DNA from: a virus
Strand: one strand, 5' to 3'
UHGV virus genome: UHGV-1421865
DNA length: 64,000 nt
Below the pieces are notes generated by a model. The model saw only the letters and a list, made by a program, of their open reading frames with translations, did no database searches and was not told where the DNA came from. The position numbers and the translations under genes are program-made. Below, in pieces: positions 29,240 to 37,612 of this stretch (positions within the stretch are counted from its first letter, which is position 1; each line of letters starts with the position of its first letter).

Positions 29240-29326
29240 GTCGAACCCACATGGTCTACTGACCAAAAGATTTTAAATCTTTCATGTATACCGATTTCAT
29301 CATTCGGGCATTGTATATACTATAAT
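29240..29326 (-). tRNA. tRNA-Leu (anticodon UAA), type II, CCA encoded
   Basis: GCCCGAA...AAAGA-TTTAAAA-TCTTT...GTGGG-TTCGACC-CCCAC-TTCGGGT-ACCA. Paralog of 28294..28382. Confidence 0.7.
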
Positions 29327-29468
29327 CCGTCCCCAACCGCTATTATAGTATATGATTCATTACAAATTTATGGCTTCTGACTGGACGGTTTTGTAATTAC
29401 GCAGGAAATGTTCTTCATCTTAGGAAGACAAATCCCGAAACTGAATGTATTTATACATCAGCGAGTAG

Positions 29469-29540
29469 TATTCAGGCTGGGACTTGAACCCAGATTGGAT
29501 GTGTATAAGACATCTAGCCTAACCTTTAACTGACCTGAAC
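29469..29540 (-). tRNA. tRNA-Ile (anticodon UAU, reads AUA)
   Basis: Acceptor GTTCAGG/CCTGAAT; anticodon arm GATGT-CTTATAC-ACATC; T-arm CTGGG-TTCAAGT-CCCAG. Confidence 0.55.
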
Positions 29541-29716
29541 GTGCAACCTACTTTAGAGTAGGTCTTGATTGCGTTACATACTTGATGTGTTACATATCTA
29601 AAATAGTACACTTTATGAGAAAAATCAATGTAGGCTCTAAAAATTTATTGCCATATTGTTTTGTTGTAACTCACATTCATAATAATAGTCTATATTAGTA
29701 GCAAAATCAATACAGT

Positions 29717-30511
29717 CTACACATTTTGTTGTTTTGTATCGAAATAAATTGCCTTCACAACACCAACGTATTGCTGTGCAAGCCGGTACGCATGCTCACT
29801 AACGGTCTTTTCGTGCTTCAAAAATTCCTCCGTAGTCAAACTACCCAACCAGTCGAGTGACCACATCATATTTGATGCACTATACGTTACAACATGCTTA
29901 CGTTCATCATCTTCATTTACAACAAAGGTTATAAACGACTTATTACTGTCGATAACGGCATCGCCGCAGATAATATCGTCAGAACCTAAAACAACGTCCC
30001 CGTAGATTACAACATCATCTTCGACGTAAGTAAATCCAGTAAGCATAGCGTGTCCGTAAATGTTGACATTGTCACCGACATATACATCACCGCTAAGACT
30101 AGCATTACCGTGGATATGTGCGCGGTTACTGACAGTAACTCTATCTGATATATTAGCATTTTCATATACCTGTACAAAATACTGTAGGATTACATCACCG
30201 AATACCCTTGCATTGTCTTTAATAATAACATTCTCACTACATTTTACACTGCCGCCGATATACGCATTGCCGAAAACACAAACATTATCTCTTAACGTCG
30301 CATTTTTCTCTACCTTAGCATCGTCGTACACCTTGGCGTCATTGTATAGCCAACATAAGCCGTCCTGGGATAGATTTTCCTCTGTTTGAATCCACCCACC
30401 CTTATCACCCGACTTGACATCGTTGAAGTCTTTTACAGCCTGAACGCGGTACAGCGTACGACCTTCATGCCGAATAGTCTCGTCTACCAGCATTACATAT
30501 TTTCCTCCCAT
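29717..30511 (-). CDS. Left-handed beta-helix / hexapeptide-repeat-like protein (264 aa); paralog of 12624..13076
   Basis: Repeated [VI]xGxAx[IV] units: NVCVFGNAYIGGSVKCSENVIIKDNARVFGDVIL...GNASLSGDVYVGDNVNIYGHAMLTGFTYVEDDVVIYGDVVLG. Confidence 0.5.
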   Translation of the reverse strand: MGGKYVMLVDETIRHEGRTLYRVQAVKDFNDVKSGDKGGWIQTEENLSQDGLCWLYNDAKVYDDAKVEKNATLRDNVCVFGNAYIGGSVKCSENVIIKDNARVFGDVILQYFVQVYENANISDRVTVSNRAHIHGNASLSGDVYVGDNVNIYGHAMLTGFTYVEDDVVIYGDVVLGSDDIICGDAVIDSNKSFITFVVNEDDERKHVVTYSASNMMWSLDWLGSLTTEEFLKHEKTVSEHAYRLAQQYVGVVKAIYFDTKQQNV

Positions 30512-30684
30512 ATCTTATTATTTAATTTCAAAATCGTTCAATTGAACGAGTAAATCACTCATAATGCTATCTAATTCACTAAACGCGTCCGGTGAAATTA
30601 GTCCCCTATTATCTTGTAAACAGACATTTAGTTGTTGTGCACTTTCTTTTATTGAGTTGAATAGCCCTTGTTTGTACATATTAA

Positions 30685-31041
30685 TCACTTGAATTTTGGT
30701 TTATATGCATCATCTATATGACAATTATCGAACATAAAACGATGGTATTTTACATTGCTGACGTCCCACTTAGACAAGTCACAGCTGAATTCTTTACAAC
30801 CAGAAAACATTTTGTCCATGTTCGTAACGTTAGAGACGTCCCATTCGTCGATTTTGATGTTTCTAATACCAACCCAAACAAATAAAAACGACATGTCTGT
30901 AATCAACGACGTATCAATGAAATTGAGATCAGCATCTGGACCTTGTCGCTTAATTTCTTCCATTATAATAGAAGTAAGTTCATCTTTTGATGTAGGCGTC
31001 AATGTTGCCGATTTTGTATTTGATGTGATATGTATTGCCAT
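30685..31041 (-). CDS. DUF285-type repeat protein family member (118 aa)
   Basis: Family N-terminal module MAIHITSNTKS...ELTSIIMEEIKRQGPDADLNFIDTSLITDMSFLF, then IDEWDVSNVTNMDKMF and CDLSKWDVSNV repeats. Confidence 0.7.
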   Translation of the reverse strand: MAIHITSNTKSATLTPTSKDELTSIIMEEIKRQGPDADLNFIDTSLITDMSFLFVWVGIRNIKIDEWDVSNVTNMDKMFSGCKEFSCDLSKWDVSNVKYHRFMFDNCHIDDAYKPKFK

Positions 31042-31059
31042 TACTATTTAATCTAAATA

Positions 31060-31560
31060 TCATCTATATCCAAATAACTGTCTCATAATCCTATTTAATT
31101 CATCAACACGGTCAGACGACATTGCGTCATTGTTAAATTTTGGTTTATATGACTCCATTATAGGACAGTTATAGAACATACCAGACATATCTGTCACATT
31201 AGAAACGTCCCACTTAGACAAGTCACGGTTGAATTTGATACAACAATCAAACATGTTTTCCATGTTAGTCACATTAGAGACGTCCCACTTAGACAAGTCA
31301 CAGTTGAATTTTAGACAACCACAAAACAGGTGGCGCATATTTGTCACATTAGAGACTTCCCACTGGTCTACTTTAATGTTACCAATGGTAATCATACCAA
31401 ACAACATAGACATGTCTGTTATAAGCGACGTATCGATATGATTCAAATCGGCATCCGGACCTTGCCGCTTAATTTCTTCCCAGATAATGTCTCTGAGTTC
31501 GTATTTTGTTGTTGGTTTTATTGTTAATGATCTCGCATTTGATGTAATGTGAATCGGCAT
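31060..31560 (-). CDS. DUF285-type repeat protein family member (166 aa)
   Basis: MPIHITSNARS...KRQGPDADLNHIDTSLITDMSMLF, then three WDVSNVTNM..MF repeats. Confidence 0.7.
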   Translation of the reverse strand: MPIHITSNARSLTIKPTTKYELRDIIWEEIKRQGPDADLNHIDTSLITDMSMLFGMITIGNIKVDQWEVSNVTNMRHLFCGCLKFNCDLSKWDVSNVTNMENMFDCCIKFNRDLSKWDVSNVTDMSGMFYNCPIMESYKPKFNNDAMSSDRVDELNRIMRQLFGYR

Positions 31561-31576
31561 AGTAAAACTGTGTTAA

Positions 31577-31933
31577 TCAATAAAATTTTGGTTGCAGTTC
31601 CGGTGTCATATTAGGACAATCCTCAAAAATACCATCATATCGTTCTACATTGCTAACATCCCAACCAGACAAGTCACACTTGAAATTTTGATTTGTAAAC
31701 ATGGCGATCATATTCGTGACATTGGATACGTTCCATTCGTCTATCTTAATGTTTCCAATCTCAATCCACCAAAACAACATAGACATATCTGTAATAAGCG
31801 ATGTATCGATAAAGTTCAAATCAGCATCGGGACCTTGACGTTCCAATTCTTGTTCTATAATAGACCTCAGTTGTTTTTTCGATGTTGGTTTCAGTCTTAA
31901 TAATTTGCTGTTAGATGTGATGTGAATTGGCAT
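31577..31933 (-). CDS. DUF285-type repeat protein family member (118 aa)
   Basis: MPIHITSNSKL...ERQGPDADLNFIDTSLITDMSMLF...WNVSNVTNMIAMF...WDVSNV. Confidence 0.7.
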   Translation of the reverse strand: MPIHITSNSKLLRLKPTSKKQLRSIIEQELERQGPDADLNFIDTSLITDMSMLFWWIEIGNIKIDEWNVSNVTNMIAMFTNQNFKCDLSGWDVSNVERYDGIFEDCPNMTPELQPKFY

Positions 31934-31935
31934 GG

Positions 31936-32392
31936 CTACATAAATTTAGGTTTTAGATCATCTGTCATCTTGTCACAAAACGTGAACATACCTGCTGCAT
32001 AAATCAAACTATTATTAGACCAACGAGACAGGTCACAATTGAGATTAGAACAACCATAGAACATCTCTGACATAGTGAACCTCGTGAACTTCGGTAAATT
32101 GTACATTGGATGTATTCCAAAGAGACAAATCACAGTTAAAATACTTACAATCGTAGAACATGCCGTGCATATCAGTGACATTACTGACATCCCATCCATC
32201 GATTTCAATGTACCTTATATTTTTCCTATAAAATAAGCATTCCATATTATCTATTTCAGATACATCAATGAAATTCAAATCAGCATCCGGACCTTGACGT
32301 TCCAGTTCTTGTTCTATGATAGTCTTGAGTTCATCTTTTGTCGATGGTTTAACTATACATGATTTTGTTGTAGATGTGATGTGAATTGCCAT
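31936..32392 (-). pseudogene. Frameshifted DUF285 family member (the track splits it into 32045..32392 and 31936..32208)
   Basis: The N-terminal part MAIHITSTTKS...WNTSNV and the C-terminal part MSEMFYGCSNLNCDLSRW... are in different frames. The junction carries a ~22-nt insertion with the 9-bp tandem duplication GAAGTTCAC-GAGGTTCAC. Confidence 0.6.
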
Positions 32393-32413
32393 TTGTTCAC
32401 TGTTTATACTACA

Positions 32414-32722
32414 TCATTTCTCAAAAACACATTCAATACCGTATGCATCTGCAGCCTGGTGTTCAATCACACAACCACGTGCTTTCTCCCAACCTTTACA
32501 AAAGTAAACAAGGTCGGCCTGTGCCATCAATTTCAACGACTCTCCCAAGTACAACAATCCTTTGTTCGGTACGTTAGAATTTTCAAAGTCATTACCAAAG
32601 TAGGATTCCAGTACAGTCCAACCTATAGACTCATACCGTTCTTTGACACGATTGCGCACCGCACTGATTTCGATATTAGAAAGACCGTTCATCGGTTGAC
32701 TGATAAATACTTTCTTTTTCAT
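32414..32722 (-). CDS. Small protein, possibly DUF4406 / nucleoside 2-deoxyribosyltransferase-like (102 aa)
   Basis: MKKKVFISQPMNG...GESLKLMAQADLVYFCKGWEKARGCVIEHQAA resembles DUF4406-type phage proteins. Tentative call. Confidence 0.4.
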   Translation of the reverse strand: MKKKVFISQPMNGLSNIEISAVRNRVKERYESIGWTVLESYFGNDFENSNVPNKGLLYLGESLKLMAQADLVYFCKGWEKARGCVIEHQAADAYGIECVFEK

Positions 32723-34239
32723 TTGTTATTTTTTAATTTAATTAGACTATCGATATACGTAAGTAGTTCAGAATCAATACGTTGACCTGTATACTTAAAC
32801 TCGTCGCGTTGCTTTTTCATACGACGCTGCATTTTCTTGAACGTATATTCTTTGTCATTTTTGTACACATTCCCGTTCACCGTAACGAAATAATTCGGAT
32901 CTTTTCTGAACTTTTCTAGTTCCTCTTCGTCGAACTTTTCGCCATTTTCGTCGATTACAATGTTGTCGAACGACAGATTACAAGTTTGGATCTGTGACGG
33001 GTAAAGTGACGCGAAGTCATAACACACGTTCCATGTGTAGTGTCCGGAGATGCACTCACAGAAAGCACCTTTGTACGGTTTCTTTTCTCGAACGGTATGA
33101 TCCCAGTTGTATACAATTACTTTATTGTTATCGTAAAACTCATAGAACATGTTCGCATTGGTAATGGCTACCTGTCCGAAAGCATCTTTCAACGTAATCA
33201 TTGTACTGGTCGACATAGAACATGGTACTTCCAGTGACTTCAGTTTTCTATGAATCAGCTGTACCAACAAACTGTCGACAGCATTATAGAAATAATACCA
33301 TTCTACATCACGCTCGTAGAGTTGTTGCAACGAACCGTCGTACTTGATCTTATGTGCGTCGACTGCCCTGGACGATACATAATCCAACGAAAACGACTCG
33401 TACGGTACCAAAATTCTGTCGTACTGTTTACAGATTTCCATATAATCCAACACAACACTATGTTGAGGCGCCGGCAGGCTGTACGACGTACCGTCGAGTT
33501 CTTTCCATGCAATCTTAGTGACTTCCCTTGTCGGTGACGCATTATAGATCATGTTCTTGGCTGTAGTAGCACCGAACAGTCGCTTAATGCGTGTCGTAAG
33601 ATACATCCAGTCGAAACGATATGAATTCCACCCTGCAAGTACCGGTGTATTCGGAACTACCTTATTAAAGAATTCCTCTAACAATTCCTCTTCTGAAGAA
33701 AATGCTTTATAATATACTTTAATATAATCTTCTACTTTCTGTCCCGACTGTTCTACAATCGACATTGCAAATTTGTTGTCGCGGATCCATGAAATATATC
33801 GTTCTTTCAGTAAGTTGATAGACTCCTGCGATAGTCGATGTAGACCGTATACGATACAACTCAAATTATGTCCTACTACAGAGATAGCGGTCACTCGTTG
33901 GTCTGCGACTTCGGGGTCAGGGAACTCGTCCGATACCTCTGTTTCAATATCGAATGTATATAGATTAGGATAATTGTTCTCAAACAACGGAGCGAACTCC
34001 TCCTTGTTATTATAAATGTATTCTAATATATCAAACGTATTAGGGTTGTACTCAGATGTCTTCTTATTTACACGTTTTGCCCTTTGTCCGTCCCAGGTAT
34101 CGTACTCCCCGTCCGGGTCATATTCGTACGACGGCATATAACTAAGGTACTTAGTGATAAAGTCGCGTTTACCTTCTTTTGTAATATATGAAATACTGAG
34201 TTTTTTGTCTCGCTTATTCCAGGTTCTATCTAAGATCAT
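32719..34239 (-). CDS. Family B DNA polymerase, N-terminal half only (T4 gp43-like: N-terminal and 3'-5' exonuclease domains through polymerase motif A), 506 aa; polymerase motifs B and C absent
   Basis: Exo I YTFDIETEVSDEFPDPEVADQRVTAIS (compare T4 gp43 FDIEV..FPEP...IDAIT), Exo II WNSYRFDWMY, Exo III YNAVD and polymerase motif A CYDFASLYPSQI. The ORF stops ~85 aa after motif A. No KxxxNSxYG or YGDTDS is found downstream on this strand. Confidence 0.8.
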   Translation of the reverse strand: MILDRTWNKRDKKLSISYITKEGKRDFITKYLSYMPSYEYDPDGEYDTWDGQRAKRVNKKTSEYNPNTFDILEYIYNNKEEFAPLFENNYPNLYTFDIETEVSDEFPDPEVADQRVTAISVVGHNLSCIVYGLHRLSQESINLLKERYISWIRDNKFAMSIVEQSGQKVEDYIKVYYKAFSSEEELLEEFFNKVVPNTPVLAGWNSYRFDWMYLTTRIKRLFGATTAKNMIYNASPTREVTKIAWKELDGTSYSLPAPQHSVVLDYMEICKQYDRILVPYESFSLDYVSSRAVDAHKIKYDGSLQQLYERDVEWYYFYNAVDSLLVQLIHRKLKSLEVPCSMSTSTMITLKDAFGQVAITNANMFYEFYDNNKVIVYNWDHTVREKKPYKGAFCECISGHYTWNVCYDFASLYPSQIQTCNLSFDNIVIDENGEKFDEEELEKFRKDPNYFVTVNGNVYKNDKEYTFKKMQRRMKKQRDEFKYTGQRIDSELLTYIDSLIKLKNNK

Positions 34240-34316
34240 TGTTTATACTTAATGTTATATATAAGATATAGTACACATCGCGTGATAAATCAGTATTCCG
34301 AAACTAGTCTAATAGT

Positions 34317-34883
34317 TTAATGCCTAGTACGAATCTCAAATTGAGGATAGTATTCCTCTGGCATCTTATAACAAGCTGCAAACATTAGAAGCGCTTCAAC
34401 CTTATTGGATATATACCAACCAGACAAATCACAATTAAAGTTTTCACACATATAGAACATATTAGACGTGTCTGTCACATTCGATACATCCCAACTGGAC
34501 AAATCGCAATTAAACTTCCAACAATTACTGAACATGCCGCTCATGTTTCTAACATTAGAGACGTCCCATTCGTCTATTTTGATATTTCGGATGTCAAGTG
34601 AATTAAATAAATTAGACATGTCCGTGATCTTCGATGTGTCGATGAAATTGAGATCTGCATCTAGACCTTGATGATACAGTTCTTGTTCTATCAACGAACG
34701 TAACTCATCTTTCGTCGCAGGTCTCACTACAAGCGATTTCGTCTGAGATGTGATGTGTATTGACATGCTGATCAAATTTAGGATAATATTCAGGTAGCAT
34801 CTTAGTATACTTGTCAAACATGAATTTGTTGTGCTGAACGTTCGATGTGTTCCAACCAGACAAGTCTGATTTGAATTTTTCAC
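34317..34883 (-). CDS. DUF285-type repeat protein family member (likely start at ATG 34766, MSIHITSQTKS)
   Basis: The family N-terminal module begins at residue 40 of the track ORF. Repeats IDEWDVSNVRNMSGMF, CDLSSWDVSNVTDTSNMF and CDLSGW. It overlaps the 3' end of 34705..35409 by 62 nt. Confidence 0.65.
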   Translation of the reverse strand: MKNSNQTCLVGTHRTFSTTNSCLTSILRCYLNIILNLISMSIHITSQTKSLVVRPATKDELRSLIEQELYHQGLDADLNFIDTSKITDMSNLFNSLDIRNIKIDEWDVSNVRNMSGMFSNCWKFNCDLSSWDVSNVTDTSNMFYMCENFNCDLSGWYISNKVEALLMFAACYKMPEEYYPQFEIRTRH

Positions 34884-35409
34884 AACAGTAGAACATCGCA
34901 GACATATCCCTCACATTGGACACATTCCAATAGGACAGGTTACCGTTGAATTTTCTACAATTAAAGAACATGCACCACATACTACGTACATTAGAAACGT
35001 CCCAATAGATCAGGTCGGAATTGAAGATGCCACAATTGTAAAACATGTGTGACATGTTGGTGACATTGGACACATTCCAACTAGACAAGTCGCTGTTGAA
35101 AAATAAACACCAATCAAACATGTGTGACATATCCGTCACTTTCGATACATCCCATTTAGACAGATTACAATCTAAACAGGTACAATGACAGAACATCCAA
35201 GACATGTTTGTCACGTTGCTGACATCCCACTCGTCGATTTTGATGCTTCTGGGATTGAGTAACCAAAATAAATTAGACATGTCTGTAATCAGCGATGTGT
35301 CGATATGGTTCAAGTCAGCATCCCAACCTTGACGTTCCAGTTCTTGTTTTATGACAGAACGTAACTCGGCTTTTGTAGTTGGTCTCACTGTTTTAGTACT
35401 ACCATTCAT
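34705..35409 (-). CDS. DUF285-type repeat protein family member (234 aa, 6-7 repeats)
   Basis: MNGSTKTVRPTTKAELRSVIKQELERQGWDADLNHIDTSLITDMSNLF, then WDVSNVTNMSWMF, WDVSKVTDMSHMF, WNVSNVTNMSHMF, WDVSNVRSMWCMF, WNVSNVRDMSAMF and WNTSNV. Confidence 0.7.
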   Translation of the reverse strand: MNGSTKTVRPTTKAELRSVIKQELERQGWDADLNHIDTSLITDMSNLFWLLNPRSIKIDEWDVSNVTNMSWMFCHCTCLDCNLSKWDVSKVTDMSHMFDWCLFFNSDLSSWNVSNVTNMSHMFYNCGIFNSDLIYWDVSNVRSMWCMFFNCRKFNGNLSYWNVSNVRDMSAMFYCCEKFKSDLSGWNTSNVQHNKFMFDKYTKMLPEYYPKFDQHVNTHHISDEIACSETCDER

Positions 35410-35417
35410 ATATGAAA

Positions 35418-35696
35418 TTAAATAAAAGATGAAAGCTGTGGGTTAAGCTTAGTAAACAATTTTTGATATTCTTGTATATTCTTTTTCCATAATCCTACAG
35501 GTGTATTGTCAAGCCCACGTTCTATTATACCTTTTAATGTTTTCCACTCCTCAACAGTTAATGTTACAGTTTGCTCCGAACTTCTGTTTTCACTTCGTGG
35601 TCCACTACTTGGAGAGGAGAGGTCTTGTAGATCACATCCTGACGTCCTTTGTTCGTTAGAAGTAGGTCTTAAAATCTGCTTATTTGATACGGGCAT
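35418..35696 (-). CDS. Hypothetical protein, 92 aa
   Basis: Ser/Pro-rich N-terminus. No motif. Confidence 0.4.
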   Translation of the reverse strand: MPVSNKQILRPTSNEQRTSGCDLQDLSSPSSGPRSENRSSEQTVTLTVEEWKTLKGIIERGLDNTPVGLWKKNIQEYQKLFTKLNPQLSSFI

Positions 35697-36171
35697 AGTT
35701 TACAAATGTATAAGGTTGTTCGTTGTGCTCGTCGGCTGGATGTGACTCTCTGAATGTACACTCCCAATCATTGTAGTCGACTTTCGGGAAAAAAGTATCG
35801 GCTTCCAGTGCTACCCCTTCAATGTGTGTCAAACATAGTCTGTCTGCCAGGGGCAATGCCGCTTTGTAGATAGACGCGCCACCGATAATGAATACTCGGT
35901 CGTCATCGTACGCTCCTACTAATGCAGTCTCTAAAGAATGAAACAGATGAGTACCGGGCGGTGCTTCACGGAGCGAACGACTAACCACAAAATTACGACG
36001 ATTAGGAAGAGCACCGTTCGGTAGCGACTCGAAAGTCTTCCGTCCCATAATTACAGTGTGTCCCGAAGTGAGTGTTTTGAAACGTTGTAGATCGCCTCGC
36101 AAATGAAAAAGCATGTGACCTTCGAAGCCGATAGCTCTGTTCTCATCGAGAGCGCAAATTATTGTGATCAT
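35680..36171 (-). CDS. frd: Dihydrofolate reductase
   Basis: MITIICALDENRAIGFEGHMLFHLRGDLQRFKTLTSGHTVIMGRKTFESLP...FIIGGASIY matches the DHFR signature. The track ORF has a 13-codon upstream extension, so the start is taken at the ATG at 36171. Confidence 0.9.
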   Translation of the reverse strand: MITIICALDENRAIGFEGHMLFHLRGDLQRFKTLTSGHTVIMGRKTFESLPNGALPNRRNFVVSRSLREAPPGTHLFHSLETALVGAYDDDRVFIIGGASIYKAALPLADRLCLTHIEGVALEADTFFPKVDYNDWECTFRESHPADEHNEQPYTFVNYARIK

Positions 36172-36209
36172 ATTATATAAATTGAATCCACGATGTCGAT
36201 TTATTGACA

Positions 36210-36719
36210 TTATTTTTCAAAAACAATATACGCTATTATAGGAATGACTATGGCGCCTATAAATAATAAAACTAAAGTAGCCAGAACCCAATAAAACTCA
36301 TCTTTACTATCATTGCCTGAATTATGATCTAAGTCAACAAAGTCGGTATACCAACGAGGTAGTTTAACAATGGCATTACAATCACGGAACATGTTTGTCA
36401 TTATCGCAACATTGTTAGTGTCCCAATTGTCTAAACCGGCACCCGTAAACCTATCACAACCGTTGAACATGGATTCCATCGTCTGCACATTGCTAACATT
36501 CCAACTGTCGATTTTGATGTCACGTACATCAAGGCAACAGAACAACCAAGACATGTCGGTGATCTCTGATACGTCAATATGATTCAAATCAGCATCCGGA
36601 CCTTGACGTCGTAGTTCCTGACGTATTAGTTCCTTCAATTCATCTCGTGAAGTAGGCCGCCCGTATGCTGGTTCTGGAACATATAAAGGTCTAGTTTTTG
36701 ACGTGATGTGTAGCGCCAT
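36210..36719 (-). CDS. DUF285-type family member with a C-terminal transmembrane anchor (169 aa)
   Basis: MALHITSKTRPL...RRQGPDADLNHIDVSEITDMSWLF...WNVSNVQTMESMF, then a C-terminal hydrophobic helix WVLATLVLLFIGAIVIPIIAYIVF. Confidence 0.65.
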   Translation of the reverse strand: MALHITSKTRPLYVPEPAYGRPTSRDELKELIRQELRRQGPDADLNHIDVSEITDMSWLFCCLDVRDIKIDSWNVSNVQTMESMFNGCDRFTGAGLDNWDTNNVAIMTNMFRDCNAIVKLPRWYTDFVDLDHNSGNDSKDEFYWVLATLVLLFIGAIVIPIIAYIVFEK

Positions 36720-36734
36720 TGTAAACTACCGAAT

Positions 36735-37064
36735 TTATTGTGCTTTTACCAGATTATCTTTATTTTCTGGCTTAACCGGATTGTTGTGTCTGTCCGTTGC
36801 ATGTACACATGTACCGTCTTCTGACCATCTGTAATCACACAGCTTACCGAACTGACTGACACTACCGACAATCTCGTTGGGTACTTTTTCCATATCGACT
36901 TCTGTGATGATCACTTGTCGACCATCAGCGGTCATCATCGGTCGTTCGTCGTTAACCCATTGCATATCAACAGGTTCACCTCTTCGTTCGCTTACAACAT
37001 GTGCATCGCACCACTGTTCTAAAATGTCTCGCAATCTTCCCATATTTTTACTTAAAAATTTCAA
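36735..37064 (-). CDS. Hypothetical protein, 109 aa
   Basis: ORF overlapping the start of 37048..37476 by 17 nt. Confidence 0.4.
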   Translation of the reverse strand: MKFLSKNMGRLRDILEQWCDAHVVSERRGEPVDMQWVNDERPMMTADGRQVIITEVDMEKVPNEIVGSVSQFGKLCDYRWSEDGTCVHATDRHNNPVKPENKDNLVKAQ

Positions 37065-37476
37065 ACATCGATGCCTTATGACTCTTTACCTTTGCATACT
37101 GCTTAGGGTCGCCGTCGTCGAGCAACAACGTCATATTACGCTTATTATTGTATTCTTCTGTACACGGTACAGTAAATAGTCGGCTCAATTCAGAACACCA
37201 TACTGCGATAAAGTCACATTCACCGACGTAGTTTCTTGTCTTTTCTGTACTACCGGCCCACGATGCGGTGTTGAACTTTATATAGTCTTGTCCGTGGATT
37301 GTTCTTACACGACCGTGTTTTACTTGTACCTTATATAGCTTACCATATTCCGATTCTACGATAAAGTCATAACGTGCGTCACAGCCGTAAGGTACGTTGA
37401 CTGTATATCCTGCCTCTACAAAGCGTGCAAGAACGGCGAGTTCGGCTGCATTGCCGATTTGTTGTTGTTTTGTCAT
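37048..37476 (-). CDS. Probable PD-(D/E)XK nuclease (YraN/UPF0102-like)
   Basis: IGNAAELAVLARFVEAGYTVNVPYGCDARYDFIVE...LYKVQVKHG matches the YraN-like pattern G..aE..a..fl...Gy.v...........D.i......l..VEVK. Confidence 0.45.
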   Translation of the reverse strand: MTKQQQIGNAAELAVLARFVEAGYTVNVPYGCDARYDFIVESEYGKLYKVQVKHGRVRTIHGQDYIKFNTASWAGSTEKTRNYVGECDFIAVWCSELSRLFTVPCTEEYNNKRNMTLLLDDGDPKQYAKVKSHKASMFEIFK

Positions 37477-37479
37477 ATT

Positions 37480-37610
37480 TTTATAGTTTACAAAAATCTT
37501 ACAAAGTACTATTAAAGTCTTAAATTGATATTAAAGACCACAAGACTTACAAAGTACTACTAAATACTGTTGTAGACTACCGACGTAGACTACTGCTGTC
37601 TATATAAGAC
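37480..37610. repeat. Iteron-like direct repeats in the intergenic region (cttacaaagtacta x2; tagactac x2)
   Basis: aaatcttacaaagtactattaaag...agacttacaaagtactactaaatac and tagactaccgacgtagactactgctg. Confidence 0.3.
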
Positions 37611-37612
37611 TA

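Noticed and set aside
28294-29326. tRNA-Leu genes with anticodon loops containing UAA / UAG, considered as possible nonsense suppressors for the in-frame TAA in tnpB
   Set aside because: The anticodons read 5'-UAA-3' and 5'-UAG-3', which decode the Leu codons UUA and CUA. They are not stop-codon readers. No other gene in the window shows in-frame stops, so there is no evidence of recoding.
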